A stretch of 64,000 nucleotides of DNA from positions 62,001 to 126,000 of the forward strand of contig JALDZS010000040.1 in assembly GCA_022813965.1 (NCBI GenBank), given 5' to 3'. A program made the translations under genes and the position numbers. This DNA is from Toensbergia leucococca (Eukaryota). A model generated the notes under the pieces. It was not told where the DNA came from. It saw only the letters and a list, made by a program, of their open reading frames with translations, and made no database searches. This document shows, one piece after another, positions 49,871 through 60,936 of the stretch. Within the stretch, counting starts at the first letter, position 1, and each line of letters opens with the position of its first letter.

Positions 49871-51974
49871 TTCTATTACAGGGGTGGCATCATCGCTCTA
49901 GTACCGTTCATGTTGTCCTATTTTTGACCTCATTGGGGTCAATATTCCCGTTGTTGTCGCACCCTCTCCGTCGCCCCTTCCTTCCTGGTATTTGTTCTTT
50001 TTGGTCGAGCCGTTAGTGTAGGTATCATATGCTTACACTCTACCTTGATCAATACAGATAAGGAGCCTGAATGCGTCTATGATGAGTTTACTTCATCGCT
50101 TTCAGCTGACTGATGCCATTATCTTGAATACGCAGGAGAGTGGTATAAGGAATGAGAGACTTGAAATGCAGGATTTATCGGACGGGTTGCAGAGATAGTA
50201 AAGAGGTACGTGTGTATGCTTTTTCTCCTTGCTCTTGTCATGGCTAATAGTTCATAAATAGGACTGCGGCAAGACTTGAAGAATATGTCATCTTGCAAAT
50301 GCTCATTACCAGAGTTGCCCTGAATCTTCGTCTTCTGCCCTCTGTCCTCTGTCCTCAAACCTCTGTAAATACACTTTCCTCAATCTTGCGGTCTACGATG
50401 CTCGCGATCAAGAGGGCTGGGGATGCGTGTGGTGTTTTGCAAGGAAACAAGAGAAGAAATGTAGGACTGATAGCGAAGTGAGAAAAAGGACGTATTTGAG
50501 ACTGTGGAGGCTGTTTTGGTATCAATTAGAAAACCTACAGATGTGAGAGGAAAAATGCTACGAAGGGGTTTTTCAGCGTGACTACGCTTTTCGTAGATAC
50601 TTATCTTGAATTGTACTATGACCTGTTGGGAATATCTACGAATCCTGTAGATAAAAGTCCTGGGAAGGACCTCTCCTCTTTCTGCTTTGCGTCTTGACTC
50701 ATTTCCACATATCCAAGGCTAAACCATACATGCGTTCGTGAGAGACCACGTCTTCGAAACCAGTATTCGAGGAACAGCTCCCGTGGGCCATAGTAAGCAC
50801 ATGTTCACAAGCACTTTAGATAAGGAATTTGTTGGGATTTTCGGCCGAGGACCTAGATTTCGAGGAAGGAGCATTGACCTGTATTGATGGGGTGCTGTCT
50901 TTCACGGGCCATTGTTTTTGGTATAGCTGGAGAAGGCTCGACTACCCACAATCCCGAGACAGATCTGTAGATGTCTGATATTAGGCTGTGATTCAAAGAA
51001 ATGGTAGATCTTGCAATCCTGGTAGGAGATTCGGGTCCTCGAGGGATTGCAAGTACTCGCGTTTGTGCAGAGGCCACGTCTTTCTAGCGCTCTATCAGAA
51101 CGTCTTTCCGCTGCGATTGAGAAGCCTCATGAGCCCTTGTGGTCTGGTTTTGTACTCGTAGAAGCCAATTCTTAGCTCCTGTGTGCCCGTAAGCTGAATA
51201 TCTCACTTTCCTTGCCTTTCTGAACGCTGTGGAAGTCAGACCAATTCCTATCCCCCTTAATCATAGACTGTCTGTAGAGCATAGAAAGCACTCTTGCCGT
51301 GCTGTCTTACTGCCACATGCCTGCTCATACCGCTACACTGGCCCGGGCCCAGTTTTTCATGTTCTCCCACGCCTCCCAGCCGACCCCCTTTCGACCGACT
51401 CGCCTCATCGTGCCTTCCCAATCCGTTCCCCGATGCAAACTTCGCATACAACAGCAAAGTTACCAGGTAAGTCTGGTCCCAAGAAGTCGAATAATCGGGT
51501 CATAGTGAGCAAGTTTTCGTCATCCTGCTATCATGGTCCAGTTCACTTCTGTTACCCGGTGTTCGTCCTAGGTGTACAAATAATTGGCTCTCCCCCCAAC
51601 TTCTGCTCTTCTTTTCTTTTCTTCCCCCTGCGTACTATTGCCTTCAAGCCAGTCTTGCATGATTAGTTGATCATTCTCTTCACTCTTCACAAGATATACA
51701 TTCTCTCAGTACGCAGCAAGCCTCTCCAAGCATTTGCCAGTGGTAAGTCACCTCACCGCCGCCGTCGCTGTTATCGTCGTTGCTTTCTTAGTTTCGTCCT
51801 TTTTTTTAAAGATCTTCGAGCTGACTTCATTGACTGCTTCAGCTTAGTCTCTCTCTCGCCCTCTCTCACACTCTCTCTCACTCTACCTCACTCTCTCACT
51901 CGTCAGTAAGTCTCAAGTCATCACATCCTCATTACCATGCTGACGTTGTCACTCAAACAGTTTCACTTCTCGGC

Positions 51975-53190
51975 ATGTCTGCCTTCTCGAGAATTCCTGT
52001 TCGTGTCGCTGGGACCTCTTCCGACGACCTCGCCATCGTCAGACCCAGCGCACCCACATTCCTTAATTCTTGTTTCCTACCTCTCGCCGTCTGTTACTTA
52101 GACGAAGAGGACGAAGAGGAATTCGAACTTGCTGAGGAGGAACGGTGGTGGACTGCCATCCCATTTCCGCCCTCCTCCACACCTCGTGAGTACCTTATCG
52201 TCTACCTTTCTCTCGCCGCGCTGTCATTGTCGTCTTTTCATCTCTCACTCATACCCTCTTCCTTTCTCTCTCATACTGTCACCGTCGTCTTTTCATCTCT
52301 CACTCATACCCTCATCCTTCCTCTCTCGTACTGTCACTGTCGTCTTTTCATCTCTCATCCATGTCATCTTCCTTTCATTCCCATTCTGTCGTCGTCGTCT
52401 TTTCATTGCTCACTCATACCCTCTTTCTCTCTCATATACTGTCACTGTCATCCTTTCATCATCACCCATGTCATCTTCCCTTCTTTCTCTCACTGCACTA
52501 TTGCTATCGTCGTTACATCTGTCATTCACACCCTCCTCATTTCTTTCACTCCAACAACATTGTCGTCGTTGCGTCTGTCACCCACAATCTTTTGCTTCCC
52601 CACTTCACCGTCGTTTCTGTTGCTGCATCTACCACTCGTTCTGACATCCCTCGCTTTACCTATCACTTGTCCTGTTTGTCCTGCCTTTGGCTCGTTCATT
52701 AGCTAACTTTGAGATAGTGGATCGGTCGTCACACCCGGTCCGGTCGTTCAAGAGCGTTGTAGGACGCCGCGAACGACAATTGTCAAAGCTTCCGCTCCCA
52801 GCTCGGCCCGCCAAGCCGATGTTGGGGACCAGCGAGGCACTCGATGTCATGTACCTCCGACAGGGCAACGCAATCTTGGCGGCAATCAGAGCCCAGGGCT
52901 GCCGCGAGCCAAAGCCAAAGCCCTGGGTGACCCGAGTTCCTGTTCCCATCCGGCCCGCCAGGCCAATGGGTTACAAGTCCCAGTTCGCGGGACTGCCAGT
53001 TCCTCGCACGGTTCGCAGGCCGGGAGGTATCCTCAAGCTCACTGGCGACTCGGCAGCGCCAAAGAAGAAGGTCCACTTCCGCGTGGGCATCTCAAACAAC
53101 CCTCCTGCGGTTGTCCAGAGGACATGGACCGTCCGGCGTGACCCTTACAAGGCATGCCCACAATACACAGGCCAAAACCAATCCGACTAA
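51975..53190 (+). CDS. Novel spliced disordered protein (~227 aa) with SxIP-like and PP1-docking motifs
   Basis: Exon 1 51975-52185, intron GTGAGT(52186)..GCTAAC..TAG(52717), exon 2 in frame with ORF 52687-53190; motifs SRIP, SKLP, GILK, KKKVHF; three upstream GTAAGT 5'UTR introns (51467, 51743, 51906). Confidence 0.7.
52221..52495. repeat. 55-bp CT-rich minisatellite (5 copies) inside an intron
   Basis: Units start with CTGTC at 52221, 52276, 52331, 52386, 52439. Confidence 0.85.
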
Positions 53191-53459
53191 GGACCGGCAA
53201 TCTGGTACTACTGGAGACTGGCTTTTGGACCAGCAATCCAGGACTTACCGGAGACCGGCCTTACTGGACTGGACTGGGGACCTTTTGTGTGGCAGTGTTT
53301 TGTGTTACGTCGTTCGACTGTCTTTACCGTTTGTTACTCGCATCCCTACAGTCTTTGCCTTTTGTTGTTTACACATCCACTGTCATTACTGCTCGCTATT
53401 TCATACCCTACTTGATTAAGCTTCTTACCGGTTCTTGGAGATTCTTGAGGGCGAAAGAA

Positions 53460-53965
53460 GACAGTGATGATGATGACATGGCACTGGCCAGATGTCTAGT
53501 CACTGCCATCGGTGATCATGGTTGCGAGCACAGGTTCTCTGTGCAGACTTCCTAGTCGGTGAGTGGTTCTGAGGGAGAGGAAGCGATCTGGTGCAGTCGT
53601 GACTCTAGTGGGCGTCTCTTGGCAAGACAGCGACATTGGTGCAGTCCTGTCTTCCGGCGATGATGGCGAAAATGGGGGTTCTCCTCACTAGTAACCTAGT
53701 CGGTGTGGCTTTTCTGGGGGTTAAGACGGTGACGAAGATGACATGGCACTGGCCAGATGTCTAGTCACCGCCATCGGTGATGATGGTTGCGAGCACAGGT
53801 TCTCTGTGTGGACTTCCTAGCCGGTGTGTGATTCTGGGGGCTCTTTGCACTGGCGAAAGTGGAACTGATCACTCCATGAGTAACCCATTCTGTGGTATCT
53901 GGGGGCTCAATGCACTGGGATGTCGATGAGGATGACATGGCACTGGCCAGATGTCTAGTCGCATC
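53460..53965 (+). ncRNA. Repeated structured element family 1 (GARGAT/TA internal-loop hairpins)
   Basis: Three copies of GATGACATGGCACTGGCCAGATGTCTAGTC with outer stems that differ but stay complementary; two copies of a following GCACAG-GTTCT-CTGTGY hairpin. Confidence 0.5.
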
Positions 53966-54442
53966 TCTTGAATGTTTCTTGAGGGTTTCTGGGGGCTTGG
54001 TAAGTATAGCTCAATCAAGCAAGGGTTTGCCATTCGTTTGTTCTTTGTTCTTTTGGGCCATTCGTCTGTTCTTTGCTTTCTTGCTTTCTTTGCTTTGGTT
54101 ATTCGTTTGTGGCAGAACTGACCTTACTCTCTCTCTCCCTCCGGATGGCTGGCCATCTGGAGTTTCAGCGGCTTCTTCACTGGGGCTCTCTTCTGGCTGT
54201 ACAACAGGACTTTCAATGGACTTCCGGATTGGACTTCCTACTCTGCAGTCATTCGAAACTCGGCTCGACAATCCTCATTGTGTGCTTCCCGGGATGGCAA
54301 CCTGGTCTCTTAGCACAAATCCATACGAGCTCGAGCTTTCATCTCTCATCTCTCATCTCACAACTTAGCGACCTCCTCCTCACCGAGGTCCTCTTAGGCT
54401 GTGCGAAGCTAGTCACCGCCCTTCCGCAGACCTCGAGTCTTT

Positions 54443-55469
54443 CAGCTTGACAATCTTCCGCACTGCGAACATGGTTTGGCACCCATGAGTTGGCGCAGAA
54501 CCAACTGAGCTGCAAAGACTCTACTTATGTTATGCATCGATCATCGGTTCTCTGCGCGAGCTAGTCACCGCCCTCCGCAGATCGCGACTCATGGTTTGGC
54601 ACCCATTTGTTGGCGAACTATCAACAGAACCGAATCAATTCTCAGCAAGTCCATCTCCAGCTCGACAACCTCACTCACTGCGACTGTGGTTTGGCACCCG
54701 CAGGTCGGCGCAGCAGCACACCAGCTGGATCGAGATTCGACTTTGCTTACTTCACCTTTCTACCGACTTCACACTCTTTTAATCAACTCCTCTTTTGGTC
54801 AGATCTTGGACTCGACAATTTCACTCACTGCGACTGTGGTTTGGCACCCACACGTTGGCGCAGCACCATATATGAGCAATCGACCACCCCACACACTAAT
54901 TTGCGACACTCTTTTGGACCTACACTCATTTGCAACACTCTTTTCGAACCACACACTCTTTTGCGACACTCTTTTGGTACCATTGCTTTCTTTTCTTTAT
55001 CTTCCCATCTAGAGCTCGACAAGTCACTCACCGCGACTGGAGATTTGGCACCTCCACGTTGGCGCGGCACCATACGAGCAGATGAACAATGAACATTACC
55101 AAAAAAATTTGAAAAACAAAAAACCCTTCTACAAAAATCTCCGGGATTGGGAGCTCAACACACTCTTTTCGACACACTCTTTTCTCGCATTGTTTTTCAA
55201 CAAAACCGTCTAGAGCTTGAAAACCTCACGCACTGCGACTTGAGGATTGGCAACCCTCTTGTTGGCGCCGCACCAGATAAGCAGACACCAATGGACATTA
55301 CCAAAAAAATCTCCGAGACTGGGAGTTCCATACACTCTTTTGACGACACACTCTTTTAGCGACACACTCTTTCAGCAACAGTCATTCCTCGCACTTCTTT
55401 CTGAGCTCGACAAGTCACTCACCGCGGCCGAGACCCTCACTCGCGCTGGCGCGGCACCATACGAGCGAA
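54443..55469 (+). ncRNA. Array of 7 covarying multi-stem hairpins (family 2)
   Basis: Copies at 54443-54512, 54582-54617 (partial), 54656-54729, 54811-54876, 55006-55084, 55208-55286, 55399-55469 with compensatory stem changes. Confidence 0.6.
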
Positions 55470-55703
55470 CAGACACATTCTTCTCGAGCACTATCATTCA
55501 ACATCACACTCTTTTGGCGAGACCCTCTTTTTGGACTCATGGGATACTTTCGTTAGGTTTCATCGGTAAGACACTTTGCTTGTCTATCATTGCCTGAATT
55601 TCATTGCTAACTCTTTATTAGTTCGTCTAGGCTCGTTTCTTGAACGGATGAAGCCTGTTGCCGGGATTTCGTTGGTAGGAATCACTGATCATACTCCCAT
55701 TCC

Positions 55704-56126
55704 TTAAGCCCCATTGCCTAATCCATCAATAGGTTTCACGTTGGGGAGACTTGTGGACCTTTGGACCCTTGGACTTGCGGACCTTCGGACCCTAGGACTT
55801 GTGGACTTCTGGACCCTTGGACTTGTGGACCTTCGGACCCTTGGACTTGTGGACCTTCGGACCCTTGGACTTGTGGACCTCTGGACCCTTGGACTTGTGG
55901 ACCTTCGGATCCTTGAACTTGTGGACCTTCGGATCCTTGGACTTGTGGACCTCTGGACCCTAGGACTTGTGCACCTTCGGACCCTAGGACTTGGGGACCT
56001 TTGGACCCGGTTGAGCAAATGGGTGGTGACTTTGATCAAGCAATTCGAGTGTAAGTAAGATGGTAGAGGTACGAAGCACATTGCATCTAGACTGACATTT
56101 TTCTCAGGGTTAGATGTTTGTGGCAT
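55704..56126 (-). CDS. Putative small basic protein built on a 24-bp tandem repeat (RSTSPRV[R/Q])x~11
   Basis: GGACTTGTGGACCTTCGGACCCTT units at ~55745-56008; minus-strand ORF has an ATG. Coding status not established. Confidence 0.4.
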   Translation of the reverse strand: MPQTSNPEKNVSLDAMCFVPLPSYLHSNCLIKVTTHLLNRVQRSPSPRVRRCTSPRVQRSTSPRIRRSTSSRIRRSTSPRVQRSTSPRVRRSTSPRVRRSTSPRVQKSTSPRVRRSASPRVQRSTSLPNVKPIDGLGNGA

Positions 56127-57844
56127 GGTGACTCGAGGTTAATGGTATCTGCTGAGTGCAATGTGATAGGCAAGAGGAGGGCATTTCTACTCGCAGCTTG
56201 TCTGGGTTAGAAAAGCCCTTTGTTGTTGGTCGGCAATTTGAGGATGGCGAGAAGGCTATTCGAAGTTGGTGAAGGTGGCTGTTCAACTTCCGATGGCTGG
56301 AGATGGTTCTTCGACACGTAGCATGTGAGTGGCCGCATTGCAGTCCCACATAAGCGTAGTCGTTTTTTGTCGATAGCAAAGACCTTTCAGCGATTGCTGG
56401 CATGACTATCTTTCTGTCGTCATTTGCATAGAGCAAAGTATGTTGTTTCGGTTTGAATCAATGTTCAAGTCACAGTGAATGGTGGTGGAGTAGCTGATGG
56501 CAATGGACGACGTTTGAGGCCCCTTCTGCAATTTCGGTGAATCGTTTTCCCGCTGCCGCGGCGTCGGAGATTCTTAACCTCAACCTCAACGACTCGTCCG
56601 TTCATTTCTTTATCAAGAAGATCATCATTACCATTCCATGTCTGAATATGTACTAAAACTTCCAGCTTTTCAAGACAGGGTCAGAAGTCTCAATGTCGCA
56701 CGTTACTGACGTCCAATCAAGGCAGGATTAGTCGAGTCAGTACTCTGTAGGGGAGGATTTGAAGACGGAAAGACAATCAGTAAGGGCTTCAGTCCCAATG
56801 GTTGTATGATCCCGAGGCCAATCCGAATCATAATCCCTAGCACTATCTTGTCTTGCCGAACAAAGTGATCTCTCGACGGTGATGATATGGAGATGTACGA
56901 GTCATACATGTTCATCAAACAGGGTACTCGACAGCTAAGCAAGTAGAGAACGTGTGCACCTTATTCGTATACAGGGACGGAATTACAAGAGGAGCGTTTT
57001 GTTCTTGAGATTTGATGAGCTTTGATAGTAATGCACAGCAGAACGAACAGCTACGGTCAGGTGGCTGTGAGGCTCATTTTCCTGGAGATGGTGCTCTCAA
57101 TGGCTGTGATACCAGTCCTGTTGTTTTGGCTCGTCCATTCCACGAGTCCTATTCTGTCTAGAAAGAAAATGAAGCTAAAAGTTACAGCAGTATCTACAAA
57201 TGAAACCGGCTCATGCATCCCGCGATGAAACGGAAGGGTCTCCTACCCTATCTTTAGCAATAATCCTGAACTCCTTGCTTTGAACCGAATGAAGTCTCTC
57301 GGCTGTTGCATCTTGTGTCCCGGCAAATGTGAAGCGTGGAATTTGAGCTCTCTTTATACGACGGTAGTCATGGAAATGTGTACTGATTTCTAAAGGGTTC
57401 GAGACTACTTGCTACGTGGATGCCAGAAAAAGTCTCTGGGGAAACCAGACAGCACAAGCGTTTGCGAAAAGAAGAGACTTGCGTATTTTCCAGGGTTTCC
57501 CTGGCGATTACGAAGTTCTTACTGCTCATCAAGGCTCCCACCACAGCGATCAACTAACACCTATCGCCCGTCTATATTTTCAAAGCAAAAACCTTGTGCT
57601 ACAACCACTACTACGAGAATCAGTGACACAGCTATGTTTTCAAAGAATGCATGCATTTGATTACCCTACTTCTGTAAGACCATATACTGGAAATGATTAT
57701 TCGAAATCTAAGACAATGCACGCGCGCGTCTGCATTCTTGTTTTCAAGTTGATAAGCCGAAAAAAGAAAATCGCACGATATCAGATGTCACGCTTGCCCT
57801 AGAGTGATCCATCCCGTGAAGATCTTAAGATGAAAACATACTTC

Positions 57845-58612
57845 TCAACGCACCCTTTCCGCGAGATACTTGATCATCTCCGGATGTTCATTTCGTTGTT
57901 CCGCCTCCTGCTCCCGTTCCTCAAGGAGCGACGAAGTCTCCACCATCATGATCTGATCAAATTGGTACGCATATCGCTGCAACCATGTCAGATGCTGTGG
58001 CCCACCCTGTTTTAACCAGTTGGTGTGGTCAGGTCTCTCAATCGCGATCGACTTCAGGGTTGGCATCCTTTCAGCCAACGCCTGAATCGCGTCAAAGACG
58101 AATCCATCTTTGATGCTCCAGTCAAACTGAAATGTGAGATGTGTCAATCCCGAAAAATGCGTTAATGATTCAAGGAATTTCTCTCGAATATCGTTTCTCA
58201 AGGTCAGTGTTATCTCATGGTCTTCATGCAACTCCGGCACAAAGTCATACCACCCAGGGTGCCACGCAATGACTGAGTAGCAATCGTTGAGGATCATTAG
58301 GTTCCGAACATAGGATAGTGAAGTCATAGTGCGTACCTGTCTAAAATGATCTAGAGCCGGGGCGTTACCTGCGAGAAATGTATTCCTCCCGTAGAAAATG
58401 GGGGCACCTTCTAGGTACATGGTCCGGCACGTTTCCAAGAGAGCAATTGTGTTACCGGAAGGAGTGGTATATGGACCGAGGTAGGTGATCTGATCGTGCC
58501 AGGAGTCGGAAGTGCTATCGACAAGCAGCGGACACGAGTATATCAAGACATATTTCAGAATGATTTCACGAACATCGCTGGGTAGCAACAGAAAGCTGAA
58601 TCGACTTGGCAT
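57845..58612 (-). CDS. F-box-like (LPxExR) fungal protein
   Basis: FLLLPSDVREIILKYVL; ALLETCRTMYLEGAPIFYGRNTF; YVRNL; LTHLTF. Confidence 0.8.
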   Translation of the reverse strand: MPSRFSFLLLPSDVREIILKYVLIYSCPLLVDSTSDSWHDQITYLGPYTTPSGNTIALLETCRTMYLEGAPIFYGRNTFLAGNAPALDHFRQVRTMTSLSYVRNLMILNDCYSVIAWHPGWYDFVPELHEDHEITLTLRNDIREKFLESLTHFSGLTHLTFQFDWSIKDGFVFDAIQALAERMPTLKSIAIERPDHTNWLKQGGPQHLTWLQRYAYQFDQIMMVETSSLLEEREQEAEQRNEHPEMIKYLAERVR

Positions 58613-59257
58613 GGTGTTGTTGACGAGTATGGAACCCTGTGGATGGGTGTTCTTGATACGTTTCTGCTTTGGATCTGACAGCTTGGGAAGACATGGTATT
58701 TTATATGCTCAAAACCGAGATTTTCTCTCGGGAAATTGGGTCGCTCCCATTGTTGGTCCTTGTTCTCTACCCTTTCTCTAAGCTGAGTCAATTCATCATC
58801 CCTGTCAGAACAATCGCCTTGTTCTTCTGTGTTTGGCATTGTTCTTGCCACTCTTGCAGTACAAGCAGATGCTTTGTAATAACGCATTCATTTCGAAGTG
58901 AGACTCATTACTACGCCAGCAAATGCAGGACTAATTGGTACTTTCAAGATGCGACTTACCTTTCAGCGCAAGATTCTACTAGGGGCAGTCGGGTATCCTG
59001 GATTGTGCACGAGTTCTAGTGGCTCTTCAAATTGTGAACCATGTTCTTAAAAGCAAATATCTGTCTCTAATACGCCTTCTCTATACTTTGCCAGACGACT
59101 CAAGATCCTGCCTCAGTTGTGTGGGCTAAATGGGGTCTTTTGCTTTACAGCCCAATGCTTTTCGGTTTTCGAACGAATTGGGCTGAGTTTATCACGTTGC
59201 ATATCCTTTGTGAGTCCAATGATACCGCCATCAATTCGTTCCACTATCGCTACGCCA

Positions 59258-59636
59258 ATGTCGTTATCGCAAAGCACGCCCGTCAACATCTTCCTCTTAG
59301 CCACTACAACCTAAATTCTCTTGAGCCGCCGCGCCAGGGCCCCCAAAATTTGTCGCACTGTCTCACCGGTTCTTGCCAGTGTTTTCTACCAGTCTCAGGC
59401 AATACCTTCTCGGCTTCGTGATATGAGTGACCTTCTTTGTCCCGCTGTTCTGCTCTATACTTAACTACACATACAGAATACGACTGCTCGCTTTGTTCCA
59501 AGATTGGGATAAAGGGAACCTAGGAGATAAAGAAGCTACAGATATGAACAATGACGGATATCTGGATAATACCAAGACTTTTTCGAAAATATTCGCGATT
59601 ATAAAGATACTCCTTATCTTTCCTTTTCTCCGATGA
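59258..59636 (+). pseudogene. Highly degraded F-box-like paralog relic
   Basis: Fragments NIFLLATTT*ILL, CRTVSPVLASVFYQ, GNTF, YRIRLLAL in colinear order with the neighbouring paralogs. Confidence 0.4.
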
Positions 59637-59742
59637 ATCTACGAAGCCACCACATCGATTCAAGGATTGCATCACCCCCTTAAGAGAAAACTCATACTCG
59701 AAGCTTTCAATCTCTCGGGGACCAGCTGTTCACTCGATAACC

Positions 59743-60474
59743 ATGCCCAACCTCATGGACCTACCAACTGAATGTCGCATCAAGATTCTGAAGCTTCTAT
59801 TGATCCGCCCTTACCCAATAGTCTTAGGTAGACAGACACGACTTTGGATTTCCCGTGAAATCGGTATCTACGACGGCCAGCTCTCACGAATCGAGAGAAA
59901 TAGTCTTGCCGTTCTAAGAATCTGCCGACAGATTTATTTCGAAGGCGCCTCCGTTTTCTATGACCAGAATTCGTTTGTCGTGTGGAGCGTCCAAACCCTT
60001 AACGAATTCGCAAGAAGGCTTTCGACATCAGCGCGTAGTTACGTACGTAAGCTTATACTGATGCGGAACATGTACGGATATGTCGGATGGGACTGGGAAA
60101 AAGCGTTAATACTAAGATATAAATTGTTTGAGATAGTGAAGGTGGAAGCGGCAATGAGCCGCTCGCTGAAACAATTTCCTGGTCTTAGTCGTTTGACTTT
60201 CTATCTCGAGAAGACGAAGAAACCGGACCCGCCAACGCTCTACCGCTCTTTCTTTCGTCTCGGCTGGGCAATACCAACCCTGGAATCTGTCGAGATTGTC
60301 CGCGCCGAAAACCTTCACTACTGGAGAGATTCGGGTCGCCCTTGGACGCCGGACGGATGGAAACAACAGCGGTTTGACGAAGACGATGCCGCGAGCGACG
60401 ATATGAATGCCCTGTTACTTGTTCGACGTCAAGAAGATTGGCCGCCTCCACGAAGGAACTCCAGTCCGTGGTAA
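59743..60474 (+). CDS. F-box-like fungal protein
   Basis: LMDLPTECRIKILKLLL; AVLRICRQIYFEGASVFYDQNSF; YVRKL. Confidence 0.8.
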   Translation: MPNLMDLPTECRIKILKLLLIRPYPIVLGRQTRLWISREIGIYDGQLSRIERNSLAVLRICRQIYFEGASVFYDQNSFVVWSVQTLNEFARRLSTSARSYVRKLILMRNMYGYVGWDWEKALILRYKLFEIVKVEAAMSRSLKQFPGLSRLTFYLEKTKKPDPPTLYRSFFRLGWAIPTLESVEIVRAENLHYWRDSGRPWTPDGWKQQRFDEDDAASDDMNALLLVRRQEDWPPPRRNSSPW

Positions 60475-60936
60475 GCTACTGCAATATCTTGAAATACCTA
60501 TCTGTGCTTTGGCGTGGAATTTAGATTTCGTAAGGTTCACTGATCCGTTTTAGTTTTGTATAGTATTGACATAATATACGTTGGCACGTTATTCACGAAG
60601 CAATTCATCGGCAGGCAATGACTGAGTATCAACTCAAGCACCAGTGATGACGAGTCATGAAAATGAATGTGGTGAAGAAGTATGAGACCTCAAATGTATG
60701 AAAGGTATATATTGTCAACCTCCTGGCTAGACTTTAACAACACTAAGACTTTTCTCTCTCTGATAACCCAGCTGCATCAACTCACCGATTCTATAGGCTC
60801 AAAAGCGATCCTTCTTTTTCATCAACGTCGAAAGCCTGCCTCAAAGGTCCACTTCAATGGTTCACATTCTTTACACACCTGATACTTGAAACATCCCACT
60901 CTCTCCTAACCTACGAATCTCAAACTTTCAACAAAG

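Noticed and set aside
51975..52706. 243-aa hydrophobic ORF and overlapping ORFs
   Set aside because: Read-through into a CT-rich minisatellite intron; the spliced model is better supported.
53460..53560. Box C/D snoRNA, SECIS or hammerhead from the TGATGA runs
   Set aside because: No matching CTGA D box, the stem is too short for SECIS, and there is no CTGANGA/GAAA core.
54443..55469. CRISPR array or repeat-peptide (RiPP) precursor interpretation of the hairpin array
   Set aside because: Eukaryotic context, no cas genes, degenerate repeats and mutually similar spacers; the VWHPxVGAAP reading switches frame and contains a stop between copies.
56460..56945. Possible decayed spliced gene on the minus strand
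   Set aside because: Protein-like frames with several stops but no recognisable family; too weak to call.
57360..57410. GGTTCGA B-box suggesting a tRNA
   Set aside because: No cloverleaf or A box around it; no tRNA recognised in the window.
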